Assembly (NCBI GenBank): GCA_029261835.1
Contig: JAJDAO010000002.1
Span: 6,167 to 70,166 of the forward strand
Direction of reading: 5' to 3'
DNA from: Deltaproteobacteria bacterium
GTDB taxonomy: Bacteria > Myxococcota_A > UBA9160 > UBA4427
Length of the DNA: 64,000 nucleotides
The notes below the pieces were generated by a model. It was given only the letters and a program-made list of their open reading frames with translations, was not told where the DNA came from and searched no databases. Positions 27,915-37,583 of the stretch are shown in pieces (within the stretch, counting starts at the first letter, position 1; the number at the start of each line of letters is the position of its first letter). The translations under genes were made by a program, and so were the position numbers.

Positions 27915-28442
27915 TCAGACTCCCGTATAGGTCGCGGTGAGATCGGCCTCGGACAGGCCGTCGTCGTCGACGTCGATGCCGCCTGTGATGTCGTCGAGGT
28001 TGTCGGGCGGAATGAAGTCGAACGTCTCGCACTGGTAGTGGACATCGAAACTGACCGCGATCGAACCGCTTGGCCTCTCTCCCTCTCCCGAGAGATCCTT
28101 GCTGAAGCCCTGGTAGAACGTCTCGCTCGCAGTGGCGCCCAGCGTCTCGTCGGCCATGATGGCCACCCGGATCGCTTCAGCGCCGTCCTCAAGCGCATCC
28201 TCGAGCGCTGCACCGTTGACATTCACCTCGTGCAGCGCCACAGCCAGAGAGGCCACGCGATTCTCGATTCGTGGACTATCCGCGTAGAGACTTTCCACGT
28301 CTTCGCTCAGCAGTGAGACCGTGATTCTCGGGCGCGCGCCATTATTGATTGCCGTTGTGCGCCCGAGATCGATCGGTGCCGTGATGCCGGCGTCGGCTTG
28401 CAAGGCCGCCTTGACGGCATTCCGGATTGCCTTGGCCGGCAC
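27915..28442 (-). CDS. Tail terminator-like protein
   Basis: AIRNAVKAAL ... DETLG; position after the head closure gene. Confidence 0.6.
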   Translation of the reverse strand: MPAKAIRNAVKAALQADAGITAPIDLGRTTAINNGARPRITVSLLSEDVESLYADSPRIENRVASLAVALHEVNVNGAALEDALEDGAEAIRVAIMADETLGATASETFYQGFSKDLSGEGERPSGSIAVSFDVHYQCETFDFIPPDNLDDITGGIDVDDDGLSEADLTATYTGV

Positions 28443-28765
28443 TACACGCTCCGATGCAGGAAGAGGTCGGTGCCGCCACCGCCGTCAGGCTCCGTCACCA
28501 TCACGCGATAGCTGACGCCACCGATCACGAGCGTGTCATCCACCGCCGGCTCCGCAGGTAGGTCCGCTATTCGCACCGTCGCTCTCGGCTGGCGCTCAAC
28601 CACCTCGAAGCCGGAGTCGAACGAGGTCCGCTCAGCGTCCAGCTTGAACTCGACCTCGATCGTGAATGGGCCGCCGCCAGCCGCCGGCGTGTACGTCGCC
28701 GTCTGCCCGAAGTGACGAATTCCGGCCTCGTGGATGCCGTCAGTGATCGCGCCCCAGTTACTCAC
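28442..28765 (-). CDS. Head-tail joining protein (lambda gpFII-like)
   Basis: FGQTATYTP, DTLVIGGVSYRV..EPDGGG. Confidence 0.75.
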   Translation of the reverse strand: MSNWGAITDGIHEAGIRHFGQTATYTPAAGGGPFTIEVEFKLDAERTSFDSGFEVVERQPRATVRIADLPAEPAVDDTLVIGGVSYRVMVTEPDGGGGTDLFLHRSV

Positions 28766-28822
28766 ACAAGTTCCCGACTAGACGGTGCGGCCACTCGCCG
28801 CACCGTCTCATGGCTTTCCGGC

Positions 28823-29836
28823 CTAGACGCCGCGCCGGCCGGGGATCAGGACGCCGGGCCGCGTGCAGATGTGCAGCGGGTGCGTCTGGACGCGGATCGT
28901 GCGCTTGTGGTCGGGATCGGTCCCGTCCGGGTTCATCCGCACGTAGCGCGGGAGCCCGATCGTGTTGACCGTGTCCCAATACTCCGCGGGGCCGTAGCGG
29001 CTGATGAAGAGATCGGGGACGCCGACCGGGAAGAAGTGGACCTTGTCGTCGGCCACGTACTTGGTGCCGCCGACGGCTCCCCGGTACTCCTCCCACGTGA
29101 TTCCGCCGAACTCGGTCGCTCGACGCGCGATGCGCGCATTGAGTTCCCGAGCATCCTCGAAGCCCTTCTTGTTCGCCCGGTACTCGACGTGCGAAGTCAG
29201 GTCGTCGAAGAACTGACTCGAGCACTCCGCATGCACGTGCGTGTAGGGCAGCCCGCCGAGCTGATCTTCGATCTGCCGGATCAACGCCGAGCACTTCGGC
29301 CGCAGTCCCCCCTCCGCCGTGCCCGCGAAGTCGAACGCGACCTCTGTCGGCGCGGCGACGCCGAAGGTGCTGAACAGATCGAGCAGCGTGGTGGAATCGG
29401 CATCGAGCACCAGCCCCTTCATCGCACCCACCCGGTGGAACTCCTCGGTCGCCACGAGCGAGCGCGACATCCTCTCGGCGCGCCGATTCACCTCGGCGAA
29501 GAGCGTGTCGAGCTGAGACTCGGAGCCGAAGGCCCGGATCCCCTGAACCTCGTCCGCCGTGATGGTGTCCTCGACGGCGAGACGCGGGATCGGGATGTCG
29601 ACGATCGTGCGCTGGTCCTTGGTGTTCTGCGTGGCCGGGCCATTCCGCGCCGTCACCGGGATGAGGACCAGAGTATTTCCCTGGCGCTCGATCGAGACCT
29701 TGATCGTGGGCACACCCTCGGCCTGGAAGATCCCAAGCTCGCCGAGCCGCGAAGGCACGTGTGGCCGATCGAGCAGGGCCGCGGTGAGGGTCTGCATGGA
29801 GAACGCATTGCCATCGAAGGCATCCATGGTCGGCAT
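28823..29836 (-). CDS. Major capsid protein (lambda gpE family)
   Basis: FSMQTLTAA, ITADEVQGIRAFGSE, FGGITWEEY, TVNTIGLPRY, LHICTRP. Confidence 0.92.
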   Translation of the reverse strand: MPTMDAFDGNAFSMQTLTAALLDRPHVPSRLGELGIFQAEGVPTIKVSIERQGNTLVLIPVTARNGPATQNTKDQRTIVDIPIPRLAVEDTITADEVQGIRAFGSESQLDTLFAEVNRRAERMSRSLVATEEFHRVGAMKGLVLDADSTTLLDLFSTFGVAAPTEVAFDFAGTAEGGLRPKCSALIRQIEDQLGGLPYTHVHAECSSQFFDDLTSHVEYRANKKGFEDARELNARIARRATEFGGITWEEYRGAVGGTKYVADDKVHFFPVGVPDLFISRYGPAEYWDTVNTIGLPRYVRMNPDGTDPDHKRTIRVQTHPLHICTRPGVLIPGRRGV

Positions 29837-29934
29837 GATTCATGCCTCCTTTTGCGCACACGTCCCCCGTTCACGCGACGTTCGCCGCGCTCCGGTGACG
29901 TTGTGGTGGTGACTTGGTTGGTGCGGCGGGTGGT

Positions 29935-30324
29935 CTAGCGGCCTCTGATCCAAAGCGCGTCAAGCTGCGCTTCGGCCGCCGTCTGTTCGGGGCCGGTGAT
30001 GTCGCTCGGCCACACAATCTCCGCGCTGTTCACCTCGGCGGAGCGAACGATAGCCGCCCCCTTGGCATCGGTACCGTCCGGCGCGGTCACATCCGTCAGC
30101 AGAATGCCAGCCGCGTTCTGCGACCCATCGACGGCGTCCTGGTCGAACTGCACGTACTTCTGGCTGGCGCTCACTTTGCCGAGCACCATGCCGGCGGTCA
30201 GCGCACGAACCGCTCCCGAGCCGGCGAGGATCGTGATGTTCTCCCGGGACAACGTGCCATTGGCTTCGGAAATCATGAACGCGCTGGAATGCTGCGCTTC
30301 GGTCTGCAGGGCCATGCGAGGCAC
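29935..30324 (-). CDS. Head decoration protein (lambda gpD-like)
   Basis: SEANGTLSRE, GMVLGKV, DGSQNAAGIL. Confidence 0.88.
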   Translation of the reverse strand: MPRMALQTEAQHSSAFMISEANGTLSRENITILAGSGAVRALTAGMVLGKVSASQKYVQFDQDAVDGSQNAAGILLTDVTAPDGTDAKGAAIVRSAEVNSAEIVWPSDITGPEQTAAEAQLDALWIRGR

Positions 30325-30415
30325 CTCCTTATTGCTGCGACGGCACTACACCGCCGCTCGCCTATTCCTCACGGACGCGCCGTCACAGGCGAGGCCGCTT
30401 GTTGATTGACTGGCC

Positions 30416-31666
30416 TCAGCTCGCCTCGGCCCCGTTCCAGCGGCGATACACGGCGTCCAGGTTGATCGACGGGACCTGAGCCTGGGTCGACTGGTGACCG
30501 TCGACCTCATCGCCTCCGGAGTTGGCCCGATCCTCGAGAATTCGGGCCCGGACCGCGGACTCGCTGAGGCCCTCGCGATAGAAGCTCATCGCGCGTTCCG
30601 GGCAGCCTGATAGCTGGCAGACCTGCTCGATCGCCTCGGCACGGGCACCATCCTCTTCCTGCTGGTCGCGGCGAGCCTGAGTGCGGGCATCCTCGATGTT
30701 CACGACATCAGCCCCTTCGGTTCCCGCCTGCGCACCGGTGCTCTCGGCGGACGTGTCGGTCGATTCGGCCATTTGGCTCTCCTCTCGATCTTGATGTTCG
30801 GCGTCGGCGCTCGTCGCCGATGCGGTAGAGAACGCACCGCTACCGGCGCGCGCTTCCTCGGCGAGCCGTTCAACGAGCTCGTCGAGAGTGGAAAGTCCAT
30901 CCGCCAGCCCAGCGTTGATCGCGTCCTGGCCGACGAACACAGCGGCCTCCTGGGAGCGGATCTCGTCGACTGCGAGGCCACGGCTGTCGGACACGGCCTG
31001 CGCGAAGTCCACGAACGCGAGTTCCACCACGCGCTCGATCGCCTCACGACCGGAGCGGCTCAGCGGCTTGTTCGGGCTCAGCTCGTTCTTATGCCGGCCG
31101 GACACGATCTCGGTGATCGCGATGCCCTGCTGCTTCAGCATCTCCGACCGGTCTCGATGCATCGCGATCACGCCAATACTGCCCACGGCCGACAGCGAGC
31201 CCGTCACGTGGACCTTCTCCGCTGCGGATGCCAGGAAGTAGGCGGCGGAGGTAGCCGACTCGTTCGCGATCGCGTGGATCGGCTTCTCGCTCCGAGCTGC
31301 CAGAATCGCGGCGGCAAGCTGATTGAGCTCGCTGTGGACGTCGCCGCCTGGGCTATCGATGTCGAGCACGATCGCCCGAGCGCTCCCGTCCTGCAGCAGG
31401 TGGTCGAACGCCTCGCGAATGTCCGTGTAGTCGTGCCAGTACGAGTTCTGCAACAGCGGGCCGCGAATCGACAGCACGCCGATCCCGTCGTTCACCTCGA
31501 CGCTCTCAACCGCGCTCCCATAGCCAAAGAGCAGCGCGCTCAGATCTCGAGGATCTTGAAGCTCGCCAATCATCTGGCGGAGCCATTCGGGATCAATCGC
31601 CAGCGGGCGGCCGAAGAAGTGGCTGATCAGGTCGCTATGCAGCGTCTGCTTCTTGCTCTTCGCCAC
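30416..31666 (-). CDS. Capsid maturation protease S49 with C-terminal scaffold (lambda gpC/Nu3-like)
   Basis: LDIDSPGG, ATSAAYFLASAA, VGSIGV; acidic scaffold tail; start uncertain (GTG 31666). Confidence 0.88.
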   Translation of the reverse strand: MAKSKKQTLHSDLISHFFGRPLAIDPEWLRQMIGELQDPRDLSALLFGYGSAVESVEVNDGIGVLSIRGPLLQNSYWHDYTDIREAFDHLLQDGSARAIVLDIDSPGGDVHSELNQLAAAILAARSEKPIHAIANESATSAAYFLASAAEKVHVTGSLSAVGSIGVIAMHRDRSEMLKQQGIAITEIVSGRHKNELSPNKPLSRSGREAIERVVELAFVDFAQAVSDSRGLAVDEIRSQEAAVFVGQDAINAGLADGLSTLDELVERLAEEARAGSGAFSTASATSADAEHQDREESQMAESTDTSAESTGAQAGTEGADVVNIEDARTQARRDQQEEDGARAEAIEQVCQLSGCPERAMSFYREGLSESAVRARILEDRANSGGDEVDGHQSTQAQVPSINLDAVYRRWNGAEAS

Positions 31667-33203
31667 CTTCGTCTCCTTCCTCCCGTTCGCCGCGCTCCTC
31701 AGGCTCGTCGAAGCGGTATGGGTCTTGCGCGTGGCCAACGCCGGACTGACTCACATAACGAGCATTGCTCTCCAGGATGAGTCCGCGTGCCTCGGCCCGT
31801 GCATTGTCCGCCTCGATCTCACGATCGAGCAGCTCGACGTCGACCCCGAGCTTCGCGACTTCGCGCGTTCTGCTGCTGAGACCAGCGCGGATCTTGCGCA
31901 CGGCCGCTTTGACGTCGGCCTCCGGCTGCACGTACTCGAAGCCCGGCGGCTGCCACCGTGCGCGCAGCAGGCGGCCCATGCGCGCTCGCTCCAGCTCCGG
32001 GATCACGATTCGGCCAACGAGCACCGCTGTCTCAAAGAAGCGCCGCCAGACCGGTCGACACATCTGGAAGATCACGACATTGTTCTGGTACTGCTCGACC
32101 CGACGGCGAAGCTCTATGAGACCGGCTCGAATCGATGTGAAGTTGACGCCCTTGAGGTCTCCGGTCGCCTGCTCGTACGTGACTCCGGCGCCCACCGCCA
32201 CAGCGTGAAGACCGGCACGCATGAAGTCCGCATAGTCACTCGCGCCGGACGGCGGGTCCGAAAACTGCACTTCGTGTCCGGGCGGCAGCACCTGGTGCGC
32301 GCCGGGCTCGAGAGTCGACATCGGAACGTCATCGTCGTCAGTTGTCGGCACGCCCTCGACCTGACCGTCGCCAAATACACTCGTCTGATCTGGTGAGGTC
32401 TCGAAGCTCGTGAAGAGGTTCTGAATCTTGACGCGCATCACGTAGGCGTCTTGGACCTCGAGGATCTCCTTCAGGATCCCAAGCACGGTCGCCAGCCCCG
32501 GCACACCACGCACCTGACCGGCGCGCAGCGGATGGAACACGTGGATGATCTGATCGGCCGGAACGCGCACAGAAGCGCCACCGCCTCGGAACCCCATGAA
32601 CTCGCCCGGGTGCGTCTTGAAAAGCCAGTACGCGACGCGCTTGCCGTAGGGGCCGAACTCGACGCCGGCCTTGATCATGCCGCCGTTCGGCAGCGGCTCG
32701 GTCTTCCCGGCGTCCAGCATCTCGGCCTCAAGCGCCTGGAGCTGCAGCGGAATGGCAAGCCCGTCGGACGGTCGACGTGGCCGGAAGCGGAGCAGTCCGT
32801 CACCGGCCTCGTACGCGCCGCGTGCGATCAGCGCTTGCTGGCCGTAGAAATCGAGTGTCCCGTCGGCGTCGCACTGCTCGACGAAGTCCTCCCACGCATC
32901 GATGATCTCCTCGCGGAACTCTTCGTCGGCCGTATCGGGCTTCGGGCGGATGCCCTTCCCGATCGCGCTCGAGACCCACGCTTCACTCGCCGACTTCGCC
33001 CAAGGGTTCCGTCGGACGGCATCCCGGCTGCGCCGGCGAATCGTGTCGACGTCACCGGCGAGCATGGCGTTGACGTGACTCGTGGTCGGATACCAGCCGT
33101 ATGCTCGGCGTCCACGCCCAGCGCTGTCCCATGCGCCGCCGGCCGTGATGACCGGCTTTCCGTTCGGTCCGTAGACGAGCACGCGCCCAGCCATCGTCAC
33201 CAC
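31635..33203 (-). CDS. Portal protein, lambda family
   Basis: RSRDAVRRNPW, LQLQALEAEML, RAGQVRGVP, VNFTSIRAG. Confidence 0.92.
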   Translation of the reverse strand: MVTMAGRVLVYGPNGKPVITAGGAWDSAGRGRRAYGWYPTTSHVNAMLAGDVDTIRRRSRDAVRRNPWAKSASEAWVSSAIGKGIRPKPDTADEEFREEIIDAWEDFVEQCDADGTLDFYGQQALIARGAYEAGDGLLRFRPRRPSDGLAIPLQLQALEAEMLDAGKTEPLPNGGMIKAGVEFGPYGKRVAYWLFKTHPGEFMGFRGGGASVRVPADQIIHVFHPLRAGQVRGVPGLATVLGILKEILEVQDAYVMRVKIQNLFTSFETSPDQTSVFGDGQVEGVPTTDDDDVPMSTLEPGAHQVLPPGHEVQFSDPPSGASDYADFMRAGLHAVAVGAGVTYEQATGDLKGVNFTSIRAGLIELRRRVEQYQNNVVIFQMCRPVWRRFFETAVLVGRIVIPELERARMGRLLRARWQPPGFEYVQPEADVKAAVRKIRAGLSSRTREVAKLGVDVELLDREIEADNARAEARGLILESNARYVSQSGVGHAQDPYRFDEPEERGEREEGDEGGEEQEADAA

Positions 33204-33415
33204 CCCGCCCGAGTTCGGAAGCGTCGGCTGAGCACCCGCTTCGGCGTCCCCGTCACGCCTTCGAGCTCCTGCTCAAGGCGCGCGATGGCAGCGATGAGTT
33301 CGCGTGCGCTTCGGAACTCGCGCATGTTCCCGTTGTACTCAACTTTTCGCTCACCAGTGCCGAGGGCGGCGCGCAGGCGATCGAGATCCGCCTCGACTTC
33401 CGTCTGGGTCCGCAT
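33197..33415 (-). CDS. Head completion protein (gpW-like)
   Basis: LRAALGTGERKVEYNG...RSARELIAAI; between terL and portal. Confidence 0.8.
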   Translation of the reverse strand: MRTQTEVEADLDRLRAALGTGERKVEYNGNMREFRSARELIAAIARLEQELEGVTGTPKRVLSRRFRTRAGW

Positions 33416-33418
33416 GTG

Positions 33419-35404
33419 TCAGCCTCCCAGGTACGAGCTGGTCCCCTTCTGCCGAGGGCGGCGGCGACCAGGACGAGGCACGCCGCCCGGAGGCGGCGCA
33501 GATTGATTCGGTTGTGATCGCTGCGGCGGCTCGATGTCTGGTGGCCAAAAGACCGTCGCCTTGCTGCACTCCGCCGCGAGGTCAAGTCCCATCGTGTAGA
33601 GCGCACAGAGCGAGGCGTATGCGTAGACCGCTGTATCAAGGGCCTCGTTGCGTTTCCGGCCCTTTTTCATCTCATAGGCGCGCACCTCGAAGCCGCGGCT
33701 GTCGTAGGTCGTGACAGCGTGTTCTGAGGTGAACTGCCTGAAATACTCTTCGTCGAGAATGTCTGGAACGTGGAAGTAGCCGGGCCCGTGCTCCTCTACG
33801 CTATCCGCGCGCCCGTAGAGCGCGTCCTTTGCCGCGTCGACCTTGATCGTGTAGACCGGCGCCTTGACCGGCCCTTTGAACTTCCCGGGCTTCCGGGGCC
33901 AGACCTCGCCCTTGCCAGAGTCGCCACGCACGGCCCACAGGAAGGAGCGCAGTCCATCGGGCGTGCGATAGACGGGCTTCTCCGCAACGAACGCGGCCAC
34001 AGCCTGAGCTGCATACTGCGAGTCAATACAACTCGAGCGGATGTAGTCGACGCCGCCCCGCTCCATGTAGCGCGGGCGCAGCAGCAACTTCCAATACTCC
34101 TCCCACACCAGGAGGGCAGTCGGGTCGCCGTAGAGCACGTGGTACTCGAGGACCCATGCCTCTTCGCCGAGCCCGAATCCGACGACCTGTGTCTCGAGCC
34201 GGTTGGGATGGACGTCTGTGCCTGAACCGATGACGCCCACGCCCTTCGGAACCATCGCCATCGTCTCCGGGTTGCCGTCCGGGAGAATCCGGCCCGTCTC
34301 ACGTAGCGCGTATGGCTCCCGTCGATCTGCGAGCTTCTCCTCGCTCGGCGCCCGGCCGATCTCCTCGAACGCCTCGCCCTTGACCGTGTTCTCGAAGACC
34401 TGAAGCTTCATCGGATCGTGCCCGGCCTCAAGAAACTCCGAGGCGATCACGCCCCACGCGGCATCGGGCAGGAAGCTGTAGGCCGCCCAGATGTGAAACC
34501 CGGGCCACTTGCCTTTCTGGTTTGTCGCGGTGTAGTGGCCTTCAGTGACCATCCACCGCTTCGACCGCTCTTCGATCACGCAGTGGCAGTGTTCGCAGAG
34601 GTAGTGCGCCTCTTCCGGTCGGCCGCTCGGCCACTTGATCCCGTGGTCGAACTCCTTGCCGCCGAACTCGAGGAACTGGCCGTGATCGCAATGCGGACAC
34701 GGCACCAGATAGCGGCGCTTGTCCGACTGCTCGTAACTGTCCGTGATGCTGCAAGCGCCCTTCAGCTTCGGCGAAGAGCCTTCGATGAGCAGCCGGTTCC
34801 AGGCGTCGCCCATGCGCCGCTCGGTCAGCTTGAGCTGGTTGCCCTCGCCGCCGGCCGAGGGCGGGTAGTCGGATGTCTCATCGCAGAACCCGATGCTCAC
34901 CGTGAGTTGGCGAAAGACTCTCGAGGAGTTCGCACCGCCGATGTGAGCGATGCCACCCGGGTAGTGCTTCTCCAGGATCGTGCTGTTGCTGTCCCGCGTC
35001 TTATCGACGACCAGGCCGCGGAGCACCGGCACGTCGCGGAGCATCGGCGCCAGCTCGACCTTGGAGAACTTCTCCGCGCTCTTCTCGGTCGGCAGCAGCA
35101 CCAGCATGGACCGCGGGTCGCAGTGCATGAAGTATCCCATCGGGATGTTCACGCATGCCTTCGTGAAGCCGACTCGACTGGACTTCTTGAACGTGATCCT
35201 GCGGACCGTCGGGTCCTTGATCAGGTTCATCGGCTCCCGCTGGTAGGGGAGCGTGGTCCACTTGCCGGGCGTGCTCGAAGACTCCGGGCTCAGGTAGAAA
35301 TGCGCGTCCGCCCACTCCGAGATCGATATGTCAGGCGGAGGCCGCCATAGCCCCCTCGTCGTCCTGTCCGTCGCTCCGAGGGCCGGTAGGTAGTCCATCC
35401 GCAA
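33419..35404 (-). CDS. Terminase large subunit (lambda gpA family)
   Basis: KSSRVGFT Walker A variant, FCDE, SDKRRYLVPCPHC, RNEALD. Confidence 0.95.
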   Translation of the reverse strand: MRMDYLPALGATDRTTRGLWRPPPDISISEWADAHFYLSPESSSTPGKWTTLPYQREPMNLIKDPTVRRITFKKSSRVGFTKACVNIPMGYFMHCDPRSMLVLLPTEKSAEKFSKVELAPMLRDVPVLRGLVVDKTRDSNSTILEKHYPGGIAHIGGANSSRVFRQLTVSIGFCDETSDYPPSAGGEGNQLKLTERRMGDAWNRLLIEGSSPKLKGACSITDSYEQSDKRRYLVPCPHCDHGQFLEFGGKEFDHGIKWPSGRPEEAHYLCEHCHCVIEERSKRWMVTEGHYTATNQKGKWPGFHIWAAYSFLPDAAWGVIASEFLEAGHDPMKLQVFENTVKGEAFEEIGRAPSEEKLADRREPYALRETGRILPDGNPETMAMVPKGVGVIGSGTDVHPNRLETQVVGFGLGEEAWVLEYHVLYGDPTALLVWEEYWKLLLRPRYMERGGVDYIRSSCIDSQYAAQAVAAFVAEKPVYRTPDGLRSFLWAVRGDSGKGEVWPRKPGKFKGPVKAPVYTIKVDAAKDALYGRADSVEEHGPGYFHVPDILDEEYFRQFTSEHAVTTYDSRGFEVRAYEMKKGRKRNEALDTAVYAYASLCALYTMGLDLAAECSKATVFWPPDIEPPQRSQPNQSAPPPGGVPRPGRRRPRQKGTSSYLGG

Positions 35405-35837
35405 GCTCGGTCAGCGCCCGATCGATAAGGCGGCGGAGCGCTGCGATCTCCTCGGGCGTGAGATGGGGCACCTCGGTTTTGAACTGGTGCGGGACTCCGC
35501 GCAGGTGGGCCTTTGTCGCCACGACCTGCCGGCCCCAGTGGTCGAGGACGGCGGCGGACGGGATCAGCTCGCCGCGTGCGACCGCGTTCTTCAGCTCCGC
35601 GGTTTCGGTCTGGGCGCGCGCCAACTTCGCGCGCTCGGCCGTGAGGTCGAGTTCGCCGTCGTCGGACTGGTGACCCGACGCGACGCCGCGCAAGTAGGCG
35701 ATGTAAGCCAGCCGGCAAGCGTCGATGCTCCAGCCGCCACGCCCCTTCGGCTTCGGCAGGACGCCCTGCTTCGCAAGCTCGCGGACACGCCGGTCACTCA
35801 GATCTAGGTGCTCCGCGATTTCAAGCTGGGTGGCCAC
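35331..35837 (-). CDS. Terminase small subunit (Nu1-like)
   Basis: ATQLEIAEHLDLSDRRVREL wHTH; ERAKL...ARGELIP; start GTG 35837. Confidence 0.85.
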   Translation of the reverse strand: MATQLEIAEHLDLSDRRVRELAKQGVLPKPKGRGGWSIDACRLAYIAYLRGVASGHQSDDGELDLTAERAKLARAQTETAELKNAVARGELIPSAAVLDHWGRQVVATKAHLRGVPHQFKTEVPHLTPEEIAALRRLIDRALTELADGLPTGPRSDGQDDEGAMAASA

Positions 35838-35884
35838 TCGCTCAGTGCCCCTTCGGGGTGTAAGCTCGGTTCGGCGGAGGTGGC

Positions 35885-37195
35885 ATGGCGAACGACGAGC
35901 ATCTGGCAAAGCTGAATGAAGGTGTCCACGTTTGGAACACGTGGCGGGAGAAGAATCTCAACGTTTCACCTGACCTCGCCAGGGCCTTCCTCATCCGGGC
36001 CAATTTCACCGGGGCCGACTTCAATGGAGCCAACCTCACCGGGGCCATCCTCTTCGAGGCCAGCCTCACCGGGGCAAACCTCAATGGAGCCAACCTCAGC
36101 GGGGCCGACCTCAGTGGAGCCAATCTCCATGGGGCCGATCTCGGCGGGGCCAAGCTCAGCTGGGCCAAGCTCAACGGCGCCGACCTCGGCGGGGCCAAGC
36201 TCGGCGGAGCGCACCTCGGCGGGGCCAACCTGATCGGGGCCAATCTCAGCCGGGGCTCCCTCTTCAGGGCCGATCTCGCCGGGACAAACCTCACCCGGGC
36301 AAACCTCACCGGAGCTGATCTCACCGGGGCTGATCTCACCGGGGCGAACCTACTGCAGGCCAAACTCGATGGAGCTCAATTCGACGCGAGCATCTGCGAT
36401 GGTGCGCAGCTCAAGCGAGCCTCCTGCGTCGGGACCCAGTTCCACGACATGGATCTCAGTGCTTGCCTGGGCCTCCGTGAAGTAGCGAACTGGTCAGACG
36501 TCGATATCGACGCCGACACTGTATTGCGATCGAAGAGGGCTCTTCCTGTAGCGATGCTCCAAGCTTCCGATCTGCCCGATCACGTGCTTAAGGCGGTAGA
36601 ACCAGGCGATCTGATCGAGATCGAATTCAGGCGGTCGGTCTGGGGCCCGCTCTTCCCGATCGAGCAGGCATTGACCGCGACTCTCGGGAAGCACTACGCC
36701 GTGAAGAAGGACAAGGATCGGATTGTCATTGTCCTTGACTCATCTGAGCAATTCCAAGACGCGCTCAACGCTGTGTTGTCAGTCTTAACTGGGTTGGAAG
36801 CCGTCTCGCCGGGTGAGGTAGTGCGGCTGCGCGCCGAGCCGAGGGAAGGCCGCTCGGAAGAAGTACGAGACGCCGAACTCTTGGAACTCCTGCGCCGTCT
36901 GGCCCGCCTCTACGAAGAAGATCACCCGCGATTCTCCGACGCCGAGGAGTTCGCAATCGAGCTGACAAAGGCGTTCCCCGTAATCGGAGGAACGCTTGCG
37001 CTCGCATCCGAGAAGGCACTCGTTGCAGCAGGCCGACCCAGGACGAGATTCGAGGACCTGGCACTCTCCACTCGAATCTACAGATCCTTCAAGGGCTTCT
37101 TCGCCGGAGCCAAGCCCATCACAGAACTGCAAGCCGCTCACATATCAGAGCCGGAACTCCTTGAGACTGGCGAGCGAAGCGACGACTCCGAGTAA
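35885..37195 (+). CDS. Pentapeptide-repeat protein with unknown C-terminal domain (moron)
   Basis: EHLAKLNEGVHVWNTWR followed by many A(N/D)LxG repeats; antisense to the late operon. Confidence 0.9.
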   Translation: MANDEHLAKLNEGVHVWNTWREKNLNVSPDLARAFLIRANFTGADFNGANLTGAILFEASLTGANLNGANLSGADLSGANLHGADLGGAKLSWAKLNGADLGGAKLGGAHLGGANLIGANLSRGSLFRADLAGTNLTRANLTGADLTGADLTGANLLQAKLDGAQFDASICDGAQLKRASCVGTQFHDMDLSACLGLREVANWSDVDIDADTVLRSKRALPVAMLQASDLPDHVLKAVEPGDLIEIEFRRSVWGPLFPIEQALTATLGKHYAVKKDKDRIVIVLDSSEQFQDALNAVLSVLTGLEAVSPGEVVRLRAEPREGRSEEVRDAELLELLRRLARLYEEDHPRFSDAEEFAIELTKAFPVIGGTLALASEKALVAAGRPRTRFEDLALSTRIYRSFKGFFAGAKPITELQAAHISEPELLETGERSDDSE

Positions 37196-37210
37196 GCTGC
37201 CCTCTCCGCC

Positions 37211-37299
37211 CGGAACCGGAACCCCCTAGGCGTGGTGAAAACCTGGCGCTTTCCCGCGGCTCTGCGTCACCCGCTGTCCTGAAACGAGAGAAAGAACCT
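37211..37299 (-). other. Putative cos site (cosQ/cosN/cosB-like)
   Basis: Minus strand AGGTTCTTTC...GCGGGTGACGCAGAGCCGCGGG parallels lambda GGGTCCTTTC...ACGGGGCGGCGACCTCGCGGG; tandem GTTCCG repeats follow. Confidence 0.55.
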
Positions 37300-37305
37300 G
37301 GAAGC

Positions 37306-37557
37306 CTACTCCCCCACCGACCTCGTGGTCGGCACGAGCCCACGCACGATCCGTGAAGCGTTGAAATACGCTTGCCCCTGCGGCCCACCGATAACGGACT
37401 CGCGCTCGAGAGCGTCGGCGACAACCTGGCAGGCGCGCTCGACGTCCTCGCGTGCGGGCAGCTCGGCCGCAGCCTGCTGCTCCTGCGATGCGGACTCTTC
37501 GGCCGCACCTTCTTCGACCGCAGCTTGCTTCTCTCGCTCGGAGTTCTTCCGTCCCAT
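37306..37557 (-). CDS. Hypothetical phage protein
   Basis: AGGAG RBS, late-operon strand. Confidence 0.55.
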   Translation of the reverse strand: MGRKNSEREKQAAVEEGAAEESASQEQQAAAELPAREDVERACQVVADALERESVIGGPQGQAYFNASRIVRGLVPTTRSVGE

Positions 37558-37583
37558 GTGGTCTCCTATGGCTTGCCGCAGGG

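Noticed and set aside
35960..36400. DNA tandem repeats, or a qnr resistance gene
   Set aside because: The 15-bp periodicity is pentapeptide coding; the extra N- and C-terminal domains differ from Qnr, so resistance cannot be claimed
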